Of a stretch of DNA of 64,000 nucleotides, positions 19,242 to 28,732 are shown piece by piece. The stretch is from a bacterium (GTDB lineage Bacteria; JAMCPX01), in assembly GCA_049966275.1 (NCBI GenBank), contig JBMFUY010000001.1, positions 4,780 to 68,779 of the forward strand. Direction: 5' to 3'. Position numbers and translations under genes: made by a program. Numbering within the stretch: the stretch's first letter is position 1; every line of letters begins with the position of its first letter. The notes below the pieces were generated by a model that saw only the letters and a list, made by a program, of their open reading frames with translations, was not told the DNA's origin and ran no database searches.

Positions 19242-20083
19242 GCTTTCCCCTTTCTATATACATCAGTAATTTTTAGAGATATATCTATCGCTCGTGCAGA
19301 ATGTGTTATAGCCCCGGATGAAATGAAATCTGGTTTTAAATTAGCCACTGCTTTTAAATTATTCAATGTGATGTTACCGGAGACCTCTACCAGTACCCTG
19401 TTTTTAGCTAATTTTATTGCTTCCTCCAATAACTTAAGCTCCATATTATCAAGCAAAACAATGTCTGCGCCTGCTTCTATGGCTAACTTGAGTTCTTCAA
19501 TATTTTTTACTTCTATCTCCACCTTATGATATGGTCTGGCTGACTTAATAGTCCTGATGGCTTCTCTTATAGAGCCTGTAGCTTTAATATGATTATCCTT
19601 TATTAAGATTCCATCAAACAAACCAAATCTATGATTTGTTCCGCCTCCCATTTTAACAGCGTATTTCTCAACCAGACGTAGCCCCGGTGTGGTCTTTCTT
19701 GTATCAAGCAATACCACATTTGTACCATCAAGTTCCTTCACATACTGATTGGTTATCGTTGCTATGCCTGATAATCGCATGAGGAAGTTTAGGGCTGTGC
19801 GTTCACCCTTCAAAATAGAGGAAATGCGTCCTTTAACATTGGCAAGTATAGTGTTTTTTTCTACGCTGTCCCCTTCTTTTACAAGACTTTCAAATTCAAT
19901 CTCAGGATCTATCTTTTCAAAGACTTTACCTGCAATGTCAAGTCCTGCAACAATAGCTGATTCTTTTACCTTTATCTCTCCAACCCCGGATAATGAGCGG
20001 TCTATGATCGTATCTGTTGTTATATCTTCAAACCCTATATCCTCATCCAATGCATGTTCAATAATTTGATCAAGCGTTCTCAT
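19238..20083 (-). CDS. nadC: Nicotinate-nucleotide pyrophosphorylase (quinolinate phosphoribosyltransferase)
   Basis: 281 aa; QPRTase N- and C-terminal domains (…LLDTRKTTPGLRLVEKYAV…GADIVLLDNM…). Confidence 0.9.
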   Translation of the reverse strand: MRTLDQIIEHALDEDIGFEDITTDTIIDRSLSGVGEIKVKESAIVAGLDIAGKVFEKIDPEIEFESLVKEGDSVEKNTILANVKGRISSILKGERTALNFLMRLSGIATITNQYVKELDGTNVVLLDTRKTTPGLRLVEKYAVKMGGGTNHRFGLFDGILIKDNHIKATGSIREAIRTIKSARPYHKVEIEVKNIEELKLAIEAGADIVLLDNMELKLLEEAIKLAKNRVLVEVSGNITLNNLKAVANLKPDFISSGAITHSARAIDISLKITDVYRKGKA

Positions 20084-22749
20084 TTTAGCAATGTTTTTAT
20101 TCTGTTAAGGGAAGCAATGAGTTGTTCGTAGCGTGCTTTTAATTGTTCGTTAATGTTCTTTGTTTCTTCAATTACATCTTCAGGAGCCTTTTTTAGAAAA
20201 TCTTCGTTACTGAGTTTGTACTTGTACTTTTCTAATTCTATTTGCAATTTTCCCATTTCTTTTTCCAATCTCTGTATTTCTAATGAGGGCTCTATAACAC
20301 CTGCAAGGTGCACATATATGTTCAAGCCATCTATGTGCTCAACAGCACTACCTTTTACATTTACGCCTGTTTCTTCAGTGTTGATTACTTTGCCTCGTAC
20401 CATTCTTGTTATATAATTTGAGTATTTATTGATAAGGCTTACCTTCTCATCTGTGCCAGAAAAACTTAAATCAACCATTGCTGATAAAGGTACATTACAC
20501 TCAGCCCTGATGGTTCTTATCTTTGTAATAGCATCTATAATAGCATCTACCTCACTTACATATTTTTTAGAAGTATCATCTATATCTAAAAGAGCCTCTT
20601 CAGAAGGGTAGGTAGCCTCCATAACTGAGGTGTCGCGTCCGGTTGAGCCTGTAATATCTTTAAGAACATGATATATCTCTTCTGTTACAAATGGTGTGAA
20701 TGGATGCATAAGCCTTATCATAACATCATGAACGAATAGCATGTTTTCCACTGCCTTCTTCTCTGAATAATGGTCATCGCTGATCTTAACCATTTCTATA
20801 TACCAATCGCAGTATTCATGCCAGACGAATTGGTATATGGCTATTGCTGCATCGTTAAATCTGTAACCATCAATGGCATTCTTAACAAGGATCACTGCAT
20901 CACGAAGCTTCTTGTTTATCCAGGCATTTATTGGTATGTCATTGTTTTGCTCGGGCTTTAACATTGTGCCTTTATCTCCTAGCTTCATGGTTACAAATCT
21001 TGTGCTGTTCCACAACTTATTTATAAAGTTTCTATATCCTGCTATCCTTTGTTCGGATAATTTGATGTCTCTGCCCTGAGCAGCCATTGATGCAAGGGTG
21101 AACCTGAAAGCATCTGTTCCATATTTGTCAATTACAACAAGTGGATCTATCACATTGCCCTTTGTTTTGCTCATCTTCTTTCCAAACTCATCCCTTACAA
21201 GTGCATGTATATACACGTCTCTGAACGGGACATCACCCATAAACTTCAGTCCCATCATCATCATACGGGCAACCCAGAAAAACAGAATATCAAAGGCAGT
21301 TATAAGGACACTCGTGGGATAATAATAGGCAAGCTCAGGGGTTTTATCGGGCCAGCCTAATGTTGAGAATGGCCAGAGGGCTGATGAGAACCATGTGTCA
21401 AGCACATCTTCATCCTGATGAATCTTTGTGCTACCACATTTGCTACACTTATCTGGTTGATCTGTTGAAACAGTAATGCCATTACATTCCTCGCAGTACC
21501 ATGCAGGTATTCTGTGTCCCCACCATATCTGTCTTGATATACACCAGTCCTTAATATTCTCCATCCATTCAAAGTAAACCTTTTCCCATTGCTGGGGTAT
21601 AATCCGGGTTTTATGCTGTTTTACAGCCTCGATCGCCTTCTCTGCCAATGGTTCAGTTTTAACAAACCATTGTGTTGATACCATTGGTTCTGTAGCTGTT
21701 CCGCATCTATAACATGTTCCCAGGGATAGCTTGTAGTTTTCTATCTTTACAAGCATGCCGAGTTTTTGTAGCTCATCAATAATTGCTGCCCTTGCTTTAT
21801 ATCTGTCCATCCCATGGTATTTGCCTGCAGCAGGGGTCATTTTACCATTAAGATCAATAACCTGGATCAGAGGTAAAGAGTGCCTTCTTGAAACTTCAAA
21901 ATCATCAAAATCATGTGCTGGTGTTATTTTTACAGCTCCGGTACCAAAATCCATGTGGACAAGTTGATCTGAAATAACAGGCACAGGTCTGTTAACTATA
22001 GGAACAACCACAAGCCTTCCAACCAGTCCCTTATACCTTGCGTCCTCCGGGTTTATAGCCACTGCTGTGTCTCCGAGCATGGTTTCAGGCCTTGTTGTTG
22101 CAACGGTTATTCCACCATTGCCTTCCTGAAAAGGATAAAATATATAGTATAATTTACCGGCTTCGTCTTTATGTTCAATTTCAAGATCAGACAGTGCAGT
22201 AAAACACCTTGGACACCAGTTTATAATGTATTCACCTCTATAGATAAGTCCTTCATTGTAAAGTCTGACAAACACCTCTTTAACAGCGCGTGATAATCCT
22301 TCATCCATTGTAAAACGTTGTCTTGACCAATCACAGGCAACGCCGAGTTTCATCAGTTGGTTAACTATTGTATCTCCTGATTGTTTCTTCCACTCCCATA
22401 CTCGTTGTATAAACTTCTCTCTCCCCAATTTAAACCTATCAAGACCTTCCTTTGCAAGTTGCCTTTCCACAACATTCTGGGTTGCTATACCGGCGTGATC
22501 CGTACCAGGTATCCAGACAGTGTTAAATCCCTGCATTTTTTTGTAGCGTATCATTATGTCCTGCAAAGTATTGTTAAGTGCATGTCCCATGTGGAGAGAA
22601 CCTGTAACATTCGGAGGGGGAATAACTATTGAATATGGTGGCCTGTTATCAGGTACTGAATGAAACAATCCTCTTCTTAACCATTCAGAATACCATTTTT
22701 CTTCAATATGTTTAGGGGTATATACTTTATCCATCAGATTAACAGTCAA
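20080..22749 (-). CDS. valS: Valine--tRNA ligase
   Basis: 889 aa; class-I HIGH motif (PNVTGSLHMGHA), KMSKS motif (KMSKTKGN), C-terminal coiled coil. Confidence 0.95.
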   Translation of the reverse strand: MTVNLMDKVYTPKHIEEKWYSEWLRRGLFHSVPDNRPPYSIVIPPPNVTGSLHMGHALNNTLQDIMIRYKKMQGFNTVWIPGTDHAGIATQNVVERQLAKEGLDRFKLGREKFIQRVWEWKKQSGDTIVNQLMKLGVACDWSRQRFTMDEGLSRAVKEVFVRLYNEGLIYRGEYIINWCPRCFTALSDLEIEHKDEAGKLYYIFYPFQEGNGGITVATTRPETMLGDTAVAINPEDARYKGLVGRLVVVPIVNRPVPVISDQLVHMDFGTGAVKITPAHDFDDFEVSRRHSLPLIQVIDLNGKMTPAAGKYHGMDRYKARAAIIDELQKLGMLVKIENYKLSLGTCYRCGTATEPMVSTQWFVKTEPLAEKAIEAVKQHKTRIIPQQWEKVYFEWMENIKDWCISRQIWWGHRIPAWYCEECNGITVSTDQPDKCSKCGSTKIHQDEDVLDTWFSSALWPFSTLGWPDKTPELAYYYPTSVLITAFDILFFWVARMMMMGLKFMGDVPFRDVYIHALVRDEFGKKMSKTKGNVIDPLVVIDKYGTDAFRFTLASMAAQGRDIKLSEQRIAGYRNFINKLWNSTRFVTMKLGDKGTMLKPEQNNDIPINAWINKKLRDAVILVKNAIDGYRFNDAAIAIYQFVWHEYCDWYIEMVKISDDHYSEKKAVENMLFVHDVMIRLMHPFTPFVTEEIYHVLKDITGSTGRDTSVMEATYPSEEALLDIDDTSKKYVSEVDAIIDAITKIRTIRAECNVPLSAMVDLSFSGTDEKVSLINKYSNYITRMVRGKVINTEETGVNVKGSAVEHIDGLNIYVHLAGVIEPSLEIQRLEKEMGKLQIELEKYKYKLSNEDFLKKAPEDVIEETKNINEQLKARYEQLIASLNRIKTLLK

Positions 22750-22843
22750 TCATTATAAACGATCCGATTTTAATTTGCTGATACAGTGAAAAACCTTATT
22801 ATAGGATACCCGTTATAAGGTATTTATATCTTATAATTGTTTG

Positions 22844-24061
22844 TTAAGTTTTCTTTTTAGCCGTTTTTAATCGCTGAATCTCCTCTTTGATCATGGTTTC
22901 TGTTAAAGCAGGCACTACCTCCCAGATGATCTTTTCTGCAACCTCTTTTAATACAGCATCAACCCTGCTTTCCACAGCCTGTTTAACAGCATCCGGAAGG
23001 ATATCCTTCAATAGAGCCTCTATCTTTATGGATGCTTGTTCAAGGAGTTCTTCTTTGCTTAAACTTACCTGAGGTGTTGCCTCACTTTGAGGTGTTGCTT
23101 CTTGTTCCAGGGGTTTTACAAGTTCCTGTTCCTCGTAAGTTTTTTCATACTCTACCTGTTCAGAAACAGGCTCTTTTGACAACGGTTTTTCTGTTTCTTC
23201 TAAAGCTGCCTCAAGGTCTTCAAAGCCAACTTCTGGTTCTCCGGTTCCTTCAGTCTCTTCTATTGACTCAGAGGGTTTTGTTTCTTCTGTGAATGATATC
23301 TCTTTCTCTTCTGGTAATTCCTCTTTTATAGGTTCATTAAAACTTTCAGTTATGGGTGTCTCTTTTGGCTCTTCGTTGAGAGGGACAGCCTCCCATTCAC
23401 TTTCATCACCAACAGTATCCCCGGTTAACTCAAACGATTCTGCCTCTGTGAGTTCCATTACCTCTTCCTCGTGCTTTTCCGGGGCAATCCTTTTTTCAGA
23501 TGCCTTTGCCTCTTCTACCTTTGGAGAAGACGGGGGCGGTGATGGCTTTCTTGGAGGTGGTGGTGGAGGAACGCCAGGTTTTGAAGAAGGAGGTGGGGTA
23601 GGAGCGCTGGGTCTTGCAGAAGGAGGTGGAGGAGGCGGTTTTGGTGCAGCTTTGGGTTGGGCTGGTTTTGCCTCTACTGGTTTTTTGACAGCTGGTTTTG
23701 AGAGTAATCCGTTAACTTTATCAATAAGTGCCTGTGTTTCAAATGGTTTTGAAAGCCAGGCATCTGCACCTACCTGTCTGGCGCGTTGTTCATCAAATGC
23801 TTCAAAAGCTCCTGTGAGAAGAAGCACAGGGATTGATTGTAATGAAGGATCGCTTTTTATAGCATCACATACCTCATAGCCATTCTTACCTGGCATTACT
23901 ATATCAGTAAGTATGATATCAGGTTTTACCTCAAAGGCTTTTTTTATTGCATCATTACCATTATCAACAATAGTGATCTCATATTCTGGTGAAGAAAAGG
24001 TGATGGATATAACCTTTTGTATAGTTATAGAATCATCCGCAAGCAAAATTTTTTTACTCAT
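22844..24061 (-). CDS. CheY-like receiver protein with long poly-proline linker and acidic C-terminal region
   Basis: N-terminal REC domain (ILLADDS…DIILTDIVMPGKNGYEV…SKPF), then PKAAPKPPPPPPSARPSAPTPPPSSKPGVPPPPPPRKPSPPPSSP, then a Glu-rich segment and a conserved C-terminal helix-rich region. Confidence 0.8.
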   Translation of the reverse strand: MSKKILLADDSITIQKVISITFSSPEYEITIVDNGNDAIKKAFEVKPDIILTDIVMPGKNGYEVCDAIKSDPSLQSIPVLLLTGAFEAFDEQRARQVGADAWLSKPFETQALIDKVNGLLSKPAVKKPVEAKPAQPKAAPKPPPPPPSARPSAPTPPPSSKPGVPPPPPPRKPSPPPSSPKVEEAKASEKRIAPEKHEEEVMELTEAESFELTGDTVGDESEWEAVPLNEEPKETPITESFNEPIKEELPEEKEISFTEETKPSESIEETEGTGEPEVGFEDLEAALEETEKPLSKEPVSEQVEYEKTYEEQELVKPLEQEATPQSEATPQVSLSKEELLEQASIKIEALLKDILPDAVKQAVESRVDAVLKEVAEKIIWEVVPALTETMIKEEIQRLKTAKKKT

Positions 24062-24372
24062 AAGACCTCCTTCATCTTTTTAGTTTTGTATCACATTAGA
24101 TTAGATAGTGTCAAGACTATGTATAAGTTCGTATGTGCATACTGTTAAATTACTTTGTTCGTCTGAATTTCATGATATGCCACTTCAAATATATCGGTTA
24201 TCGTATGGCTTTTTATGTAAGTCTGAATCTTTCATGTAGTTTTCTTATCTTCTCAGGATAAGACATTCTGAAAAGGTTTCCCATATACAACCATTGCAGT
24301 CGCAACTCCAGGGGTCTTTTACGGTAATCATTTATGATCACTTTACTAAGATAGTAATTGAATCCAGTGGTT

Positions 24373-24867
24373 TTATTTTTCTTCATTTTTTAATTTTCTG
24401 AGATATTTTATATCTGCTCTGTCCTGTTGCCTGCCTGTCTTTTCCTTCATTTTTATTAAATCCGGAATTGATATAGTAGGAATTTCTACGTTACCAGTTT
24501 TTATATAGATAACATGCTTTGCAGCATTTACATAATCCACAGGTGCGTCAATAATAATATCAATTTCAGAGATTGCCCATGCAGGGTTAATGAGATTAAA
24601 TGCTTTCATGTGTTTCTTTTTTATCCATTCATCTCTTTTAGGTTTTTGAACAAAGTCCATTATATCGACTGGAACTTTTGGTTTGAAACCCCATTCTTTC
24701 AAAAGACGTATGAACTTCTTCAGGTTACTCTCTTCAAGATCAACGAGAAGATCTATATCGTATGTCATCCTCGGAATTCCATGTAGGTTAACAGCAATTC
24801 CACCAACCACAATATATTTAATTCCTTCTTCGTTCAGCTTTTTAAAGATAGCAATATAATCAAGCAT
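24373..24867 (-). CDS. Orphan minimal nucleotidyltransferase-fold protein
   Basis: 164 aa; hGG-x13-DxD pattern (VVGGIAVNLHGIPRMTYDIDLLV) of pol-beta-type NTases. No partner gene adjacent. Confidence 0.55.
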   Translation of the reverse strand: MLDYIAIFKKLNEEGIKYIVVGGIAVNLHGIPRMTYDIDLLVDLEESNLKKFIRLLKEWGFKPKVPVDIMDFVQKPKRDEWIKKKHMKAFNLINPAWAISEIDIIIDAPVDYVNAAKHVIYIKTGNVEIPTISIPDLIKMKEKTGRQQDRADIKYLRKLKNEEK

Positions 24868-24939
24868 ATTAATCTTCTATCATAGTCTTATATGGATTTC
24901 CACTATACCATAAATGGAATTACTCTATGGCTTGATTCT

Positions 24940-26220
24940 TTATTGTACTGTTACACTACCAGATTGAACGCGTGTTGATGGGAGTGCACTACCTGTTGTA
25001 TCAATCATGGAATTTACAATTATCGTTAAGGTTGTTGTCCCAGGATACGCTGCATAAAAGGTTATATTTGCTACATTAAATAAACCAACAGGAGTAGAAT
25101 AATATCCACTCCCAAGAAGATTGTATCCATTTATTTCAACACCAGAAGATGTTTGATAATAACCAGGTGGATTGGAAAATTCCTGTGAATATCCAACACC
25201 AGGATATCCTGACATACTTCCGCTTACAGAGACAAAGTTTAATATGCGCTGGTTAAAATTAACATATATGTTATAACTACCAAGCCCATAGGGATGGGAT
25301 GGGTCAATGAATATGTTTATTGGTATTGTAAATTCAGTGCCAGTATCTACATTTGCACTTCCTATCCCTATATTTGCGAGTGATAAGGTTATAACAGATG
25401 TTGCAGTGCCTGTGTTACCAACGTTATCAGAAACCTGCGCTGTTATTACATAAGTACCTGTTCCATTACTACCACCTGAAACAGGAAGGGTAATTGGTAA
25501 TGTACCTGTTGCGCTTATTGGAGTGGCGTTTACAGTTCCATACACACCATTTGCATTGATATTGAATGTTGATGTATTTACACCACTCTGGCTATCGTTG
25601 TATGTAACCTCATATGGTATTGTAATGTATGGATAGATAAAATACGGAAATATCGTTCCAGATGTGCCACCAGAAGTGCTTCCTGAAATGGGTTGTACAA
25701 AGCTGAGTGATGGTGGGGTGGTGTCAACTGAAAAAGTTTGTGAAGCAGTGCCTGTTGTATTGTAGAATAGATTTGTTACATATGCCTGAATTGTATGTGT
25801 ACCTTGAGAATTAAGAACAACATTGCCTTTAGCTGTAAATGAAGTTGGTGTTGAAGGAAACCCGGTTAATGTGCTGTTGGTTTGTGTTACAAGTGAACCT
25901 GTTACTGAATTTCCGTCAATAAAAACATTGTAGGTATTCAGGTTTAATCCAAGTTTATTGGTTGTGTCAGAAAATAGTATGCTTACATTAGAGCCTGCAG
26001 GCCCTATATAACCAGAAGGACTGAAAATATCAACCAGAGGCACTGGTGGAGTAAACTTAAAAGAAGAACTTACGCTACAACATGGTCCATTGTTTGAAAA
26101 GCACCGATGAATATCAATGGAGTGTGTACCAGGAGGTGTTATGTATTGACCAATGGGTTTTTCACATGTAGCTGATGTGCTTCCTGTAAGACAGTATCCG
26201 GTAATATTTGAACTATCCAT
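24940..26220 (-). CDS. Thr/Ser/Gly-rich beta-rich protein with Ig-like (Big/TTPP) segment. No signal peptide; possibly a truncated surface adhesin.
   Basis: 426 aa, low complexity typical of surface adhesins (SVDTTPPSLSFVQP...). The upstream in-frame sequence has no Met or hydrophobic leader before the stop. Confidence 0.5.
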   Translation of the reverse strand: MDSSNITGYCLTGSTSATCEKPIGQYITPPGTHSIDIHRCFSNNGPCCSVSSSFKFTPPVPLVDIFSPSGYIGPAGSNVSILFSDTTNKLGLNLNTYNVFIDGNSVTGSLVTQTNSTLTGFPSTPTSFTAKGNVVLNSQGTHTIQAYVTNLFYNTTGTASQTFSVDTTPPSLSFVQPISGSTSGGTSGTIFPYFIYPYITIPYEVTYNDSQSGVNTSTFNINANGVYGTVNATPISATGTLPITLPVSGGSNGTGTYVITAQVSDNVGNTGTATSVITLSLANIGIGSANVDTGTEFTIPINIFIDPSHPYGLGSYNIYVNFNQRILNFVSVSGSMSGYPGVGYSQEFSNPPGYYQTSSGVEINGYNLLGSGYYSTPVGLFNVANITFYAAYPGTTTLTIIVNSMIDTTGSALPSTRVQSGSVTVQ

Positions 26221-26470
26221 TGTAACGCTAAAACCTGCATTTGTTGTTCTATAATCATATGCTATATATATTGCTGGTAAAGGGTCATCAATTTATGTCC
26301 ACATAATTTTATTATAAAAAACAATCTCTGTATCTATAATAAAATTATACTATATATTACCCCAAAATTGCAATAAAAGATACGGCTCTTCAGGTCTTTG
26401 ATAAAATTATTGATACACAGATTTGTATATGAGATACTGACATAAATTTAACTGGTGGTTACTACAAAAA

Positions 26471-27607
26471 ATGAAAGGATCAGAGCAAACAGTAATAAAA
26501 CAAAGAGTAGCCTTAAGCTCGGTGGTGGCAAGTTTATTTCTGGTGATAGCAAAGTTTGCTGTTGGAATAATCACAGGAAGTCTTGGTATAATATCAGAGG
26601 CTATACATTCAACCCTTGATTTAGGTGCAGCACTGCTCACCTATTTCGCTGTTAAAGTGTCAGATAAACCTGCTGATAGAAAGTATAACTATGGATATGG
26701 CAAATACGAAAGCCTGTCGGCTTTTATAGAAACAGGCTTACTTGTAATAACGAGCTTCTGGATAATCTATAAAGCCTTTGAAAGACTCTTCATAACACAT
26801 GTAAAAATAGAAGTTACTGCAATGTCATTTGGCGTTATGATACTTGCCATTATAGTGGATGCCTCAAGAGCAACTATACTCTCACGGACCGCTAAAAAGT
26901 ATAATAGCCAGGCACTCGAAGCCGATGCTTTACATTTCTCAAGTGATATTTTAAGTTCCTCTGTCGTTATCATTGGTCTTATTAGTGCAAAGATGGGTTT
27001 TGTTGATGGTGATTCTATCGCTGCTGCATTTGTGGCTATAGTTGTTCTTGTAGCAAGTTACAGGCTGGGCAGGAAAACAATCAATGTGTTGCTTGACAGA
27101 GCGCCGGAAGGACTTGCCGAGCAAATAAGAACAAGTGTGATGAAGATAAGTGGTGTAACCGGTGTTCACAACATAAGGATCAGGCATAGCAATGCTCGAT
27201 TGTTCATAGATATGCACGTTAATGTAGAAGAAAGCTTACCATTTGTTGAGGTGCATGATGTTACAGAAAAGATTGAAAAGGATTTAGCCTCTTTAGGCTA
27301 TGATGCAGATGTTGTTGTGCATGCAGAGCCAGACCAGGAAACTGAAACAGATATAAGCACTAAAGTTCTCTCAAAGAGTGTATCACGCGAAACCATTGCT
27401 GGAATATTAAAATCACACAGCATGAAATTTCACGATCTGACAATAAGACATTCATCCAGAAGGTGTTTCATAGACTTCCACCTTGAGTTACCAAGCGACA
27501 TATCTGTAGAACAGGCACATAATATCTGTGATATGCTTGAAGCTGATATTAAGAGACTTGTACCTCATTCAGTTGTTAATATCCATGTTGAACCGATGAG
27601 GAAATAG
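26471..27607 (+). CDS. Cation diffusion facilitator (CDF) family metal efflux transporter with tandem C-terminal cytoplasmic domains
   Basis: 378 aa; 6-TM CDF core (HSTLDLGAALLTYFAV…DALHFSSDILSS) plus two repeated cation-efflux C-terminal-domain-like segments. Confidence 0.85.
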   Translation: MKGSEQTVIKQRVALSSVVASLFLVIAKFAVGIITGSLGIISEAIHSTLDLGAALLTYFAVKVSDKPADRKYNYGYGKYESLSAFIETGLLVITSFWIIYKAFERLFITHVKIEVTAMSFGVMILAIIVDASRATILSRTAKKYNSQALEADALHFSSDILSSSVVIIGLISAKMGFVDGDSIAAAFVAIVVLVASYRLGRKTINVLLDRAPEGLAEQIRTSVMKISGVTGVHNIRIRHSNARLFIDMHVNVEESLPFVEVHDVTEKIEKDLASLGYDADVVVHAEPDQETETDISTKVLSKSVSRETIAGILKSHSMKFHDLTIRHSSRRCFIDFHLELPSDISVEQAHNICDMLEADIKRLVPHSVVNIHVEPMRK

Positions 27608-27610
27608 GGT

Positions 27611-28567
27611 ATGATACAAACCAAACATGTTGAGAATGTACATCTACCACATGGCCTTAAAAAACATATTAGTTTAAGTGGGGAGGTGCACAGAACAAAG
27701 GTAGTTCTGCGGGCAAACAGGATCCACACAGTGTGTGAATCAGCCCGTTGTCCCAATATCAGCGAATGCTTTGGTATGCATCGCGCAACATTTATGATCA
27801 TGGGAGATATATGTACAAGGGCATGCAGGTTCTGTTCTATTGATAAAGGGCATCCAGCAAAGATTGATCCTGAGGAGCCTTACAGAATAGCTAAGAGTGT
27901 TGCTGAGCTTGGCATAATGCATGCTGTTATAACATCTGTTACCAGAGATGATCTTAATGATGGTGGTGCAGACCACTTTTATAGAACAGTGTGCGTTGTT
28001 AAAGAACTTAATCCAGATGTCACTGTAGAGCTGCTAACCCCGGACTTTAAGGGTAACAGGGACGCGATTATGCATCTACTTGAGGCTGATTTTGAGATAT
28101 TTAATCACAATGTGGAGACTGTACCACGCCTATACAGGGGAATAAGGCCCCAGGCTTTGTATGAACGTTCCATTGAAGTGCTTGGTTTTGTAAAACGTCA
28201 GAAGCGCATCATCATTAAGTCAGGATTAATGGTTGGGCTTGGAGAAACCATGGAAGAGGTAAAGGCTGTACTCAGGGATTTAAAGGAAGTGGGATGTGAT
28301 ATTGTTACCATAGGTCAGTATCTTATGCCAACATCACAGAATATACCGGTTCAGGCATATATAACTCAAGAATTGTATGATGAGTACGAGAGATTCGGTA
28401 GAGAAATTGGCATCCCATTTGTTTATGCCGGTCCTTTTATCAGAAGTTCATACCATGCGCAGGAGATTATGAATAAATTAGTCATTAACCCGAAAAATGC
28501 AATAGGGAAGTTTGCTCATTCGTTCAACCCTGCGATCCACCTAAGATACAAAGACTTTTTGCTGTAA
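27611..28567 (+). CDS. lipA: Lipoyl synthase; the last ~28 codons and the stop are supplied by an inserted MITE
   Basis: Radical-SAM CxxxCxxC (CTRACRFC) plus N-terminal Cys cluster (CESARCPNISEC) and SSYHA motif. The ORF runs into repeat copy 28485..28710 (…MNKLV|INPKNAIGKFAHSFNPAIHLRYKDFLL*). Confidence 0.9.
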   Translation: MIQTKHVENVHLPHGLKKHISLSGEVHRTKVVLRANRIHTVCESARCPNISECFGMHRATFMIMGDICTRACRFCSIDKGHPAKIDPEEPYRIAKSVAELGIMHAVITSVTRDDLNDGGADHFYRTVCVVKELNPDVTVELLTPDFKGNRDAIMHLLEADFEIFNHNVETVPRLYRGIRPQALYERSIEVLGFVKRQKRIIIKSGLMVGLGETMEEVKAVLRDLKEVGCDIVTIGQYLMPTSQNIPVQAYITQELYDEYERFGREIGIPFVYAGPFIRSSYHAQEIMNKLVINPKNAIGKFAHSFNPAIHLRYKDFLL

Positions 28568-28710
28568 AGGAGGCTTAAGTCCTTTGTATGTTTATATGCA
28601 ATCACATTCCGTTTCTTTTTTTCTAATATTCGAAGAATACCTATATTTGACGCGGGGTTATCACTCATTACACAAACTTCCCTATTTCGCAAACGCATTT
28701 TTCGGGTTAA
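28485..28710 (+). mobile_element. MITE-like element, 226-bp form (long form with two internal deletions), copy 2, inserted in the 3' end of lipA
   Basis: Same TTAACCCGAAAAATGCA / TGCATTTTTCGGGTTAA termini, flanked by TTAA. Removing the element and one TTAA restores an in-frame lipA ending …KLVINPQRA*. Confidence 0.8.
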
Positions 28711-28732
28711 CCCTCAAAGAGCATAGTTTGAA

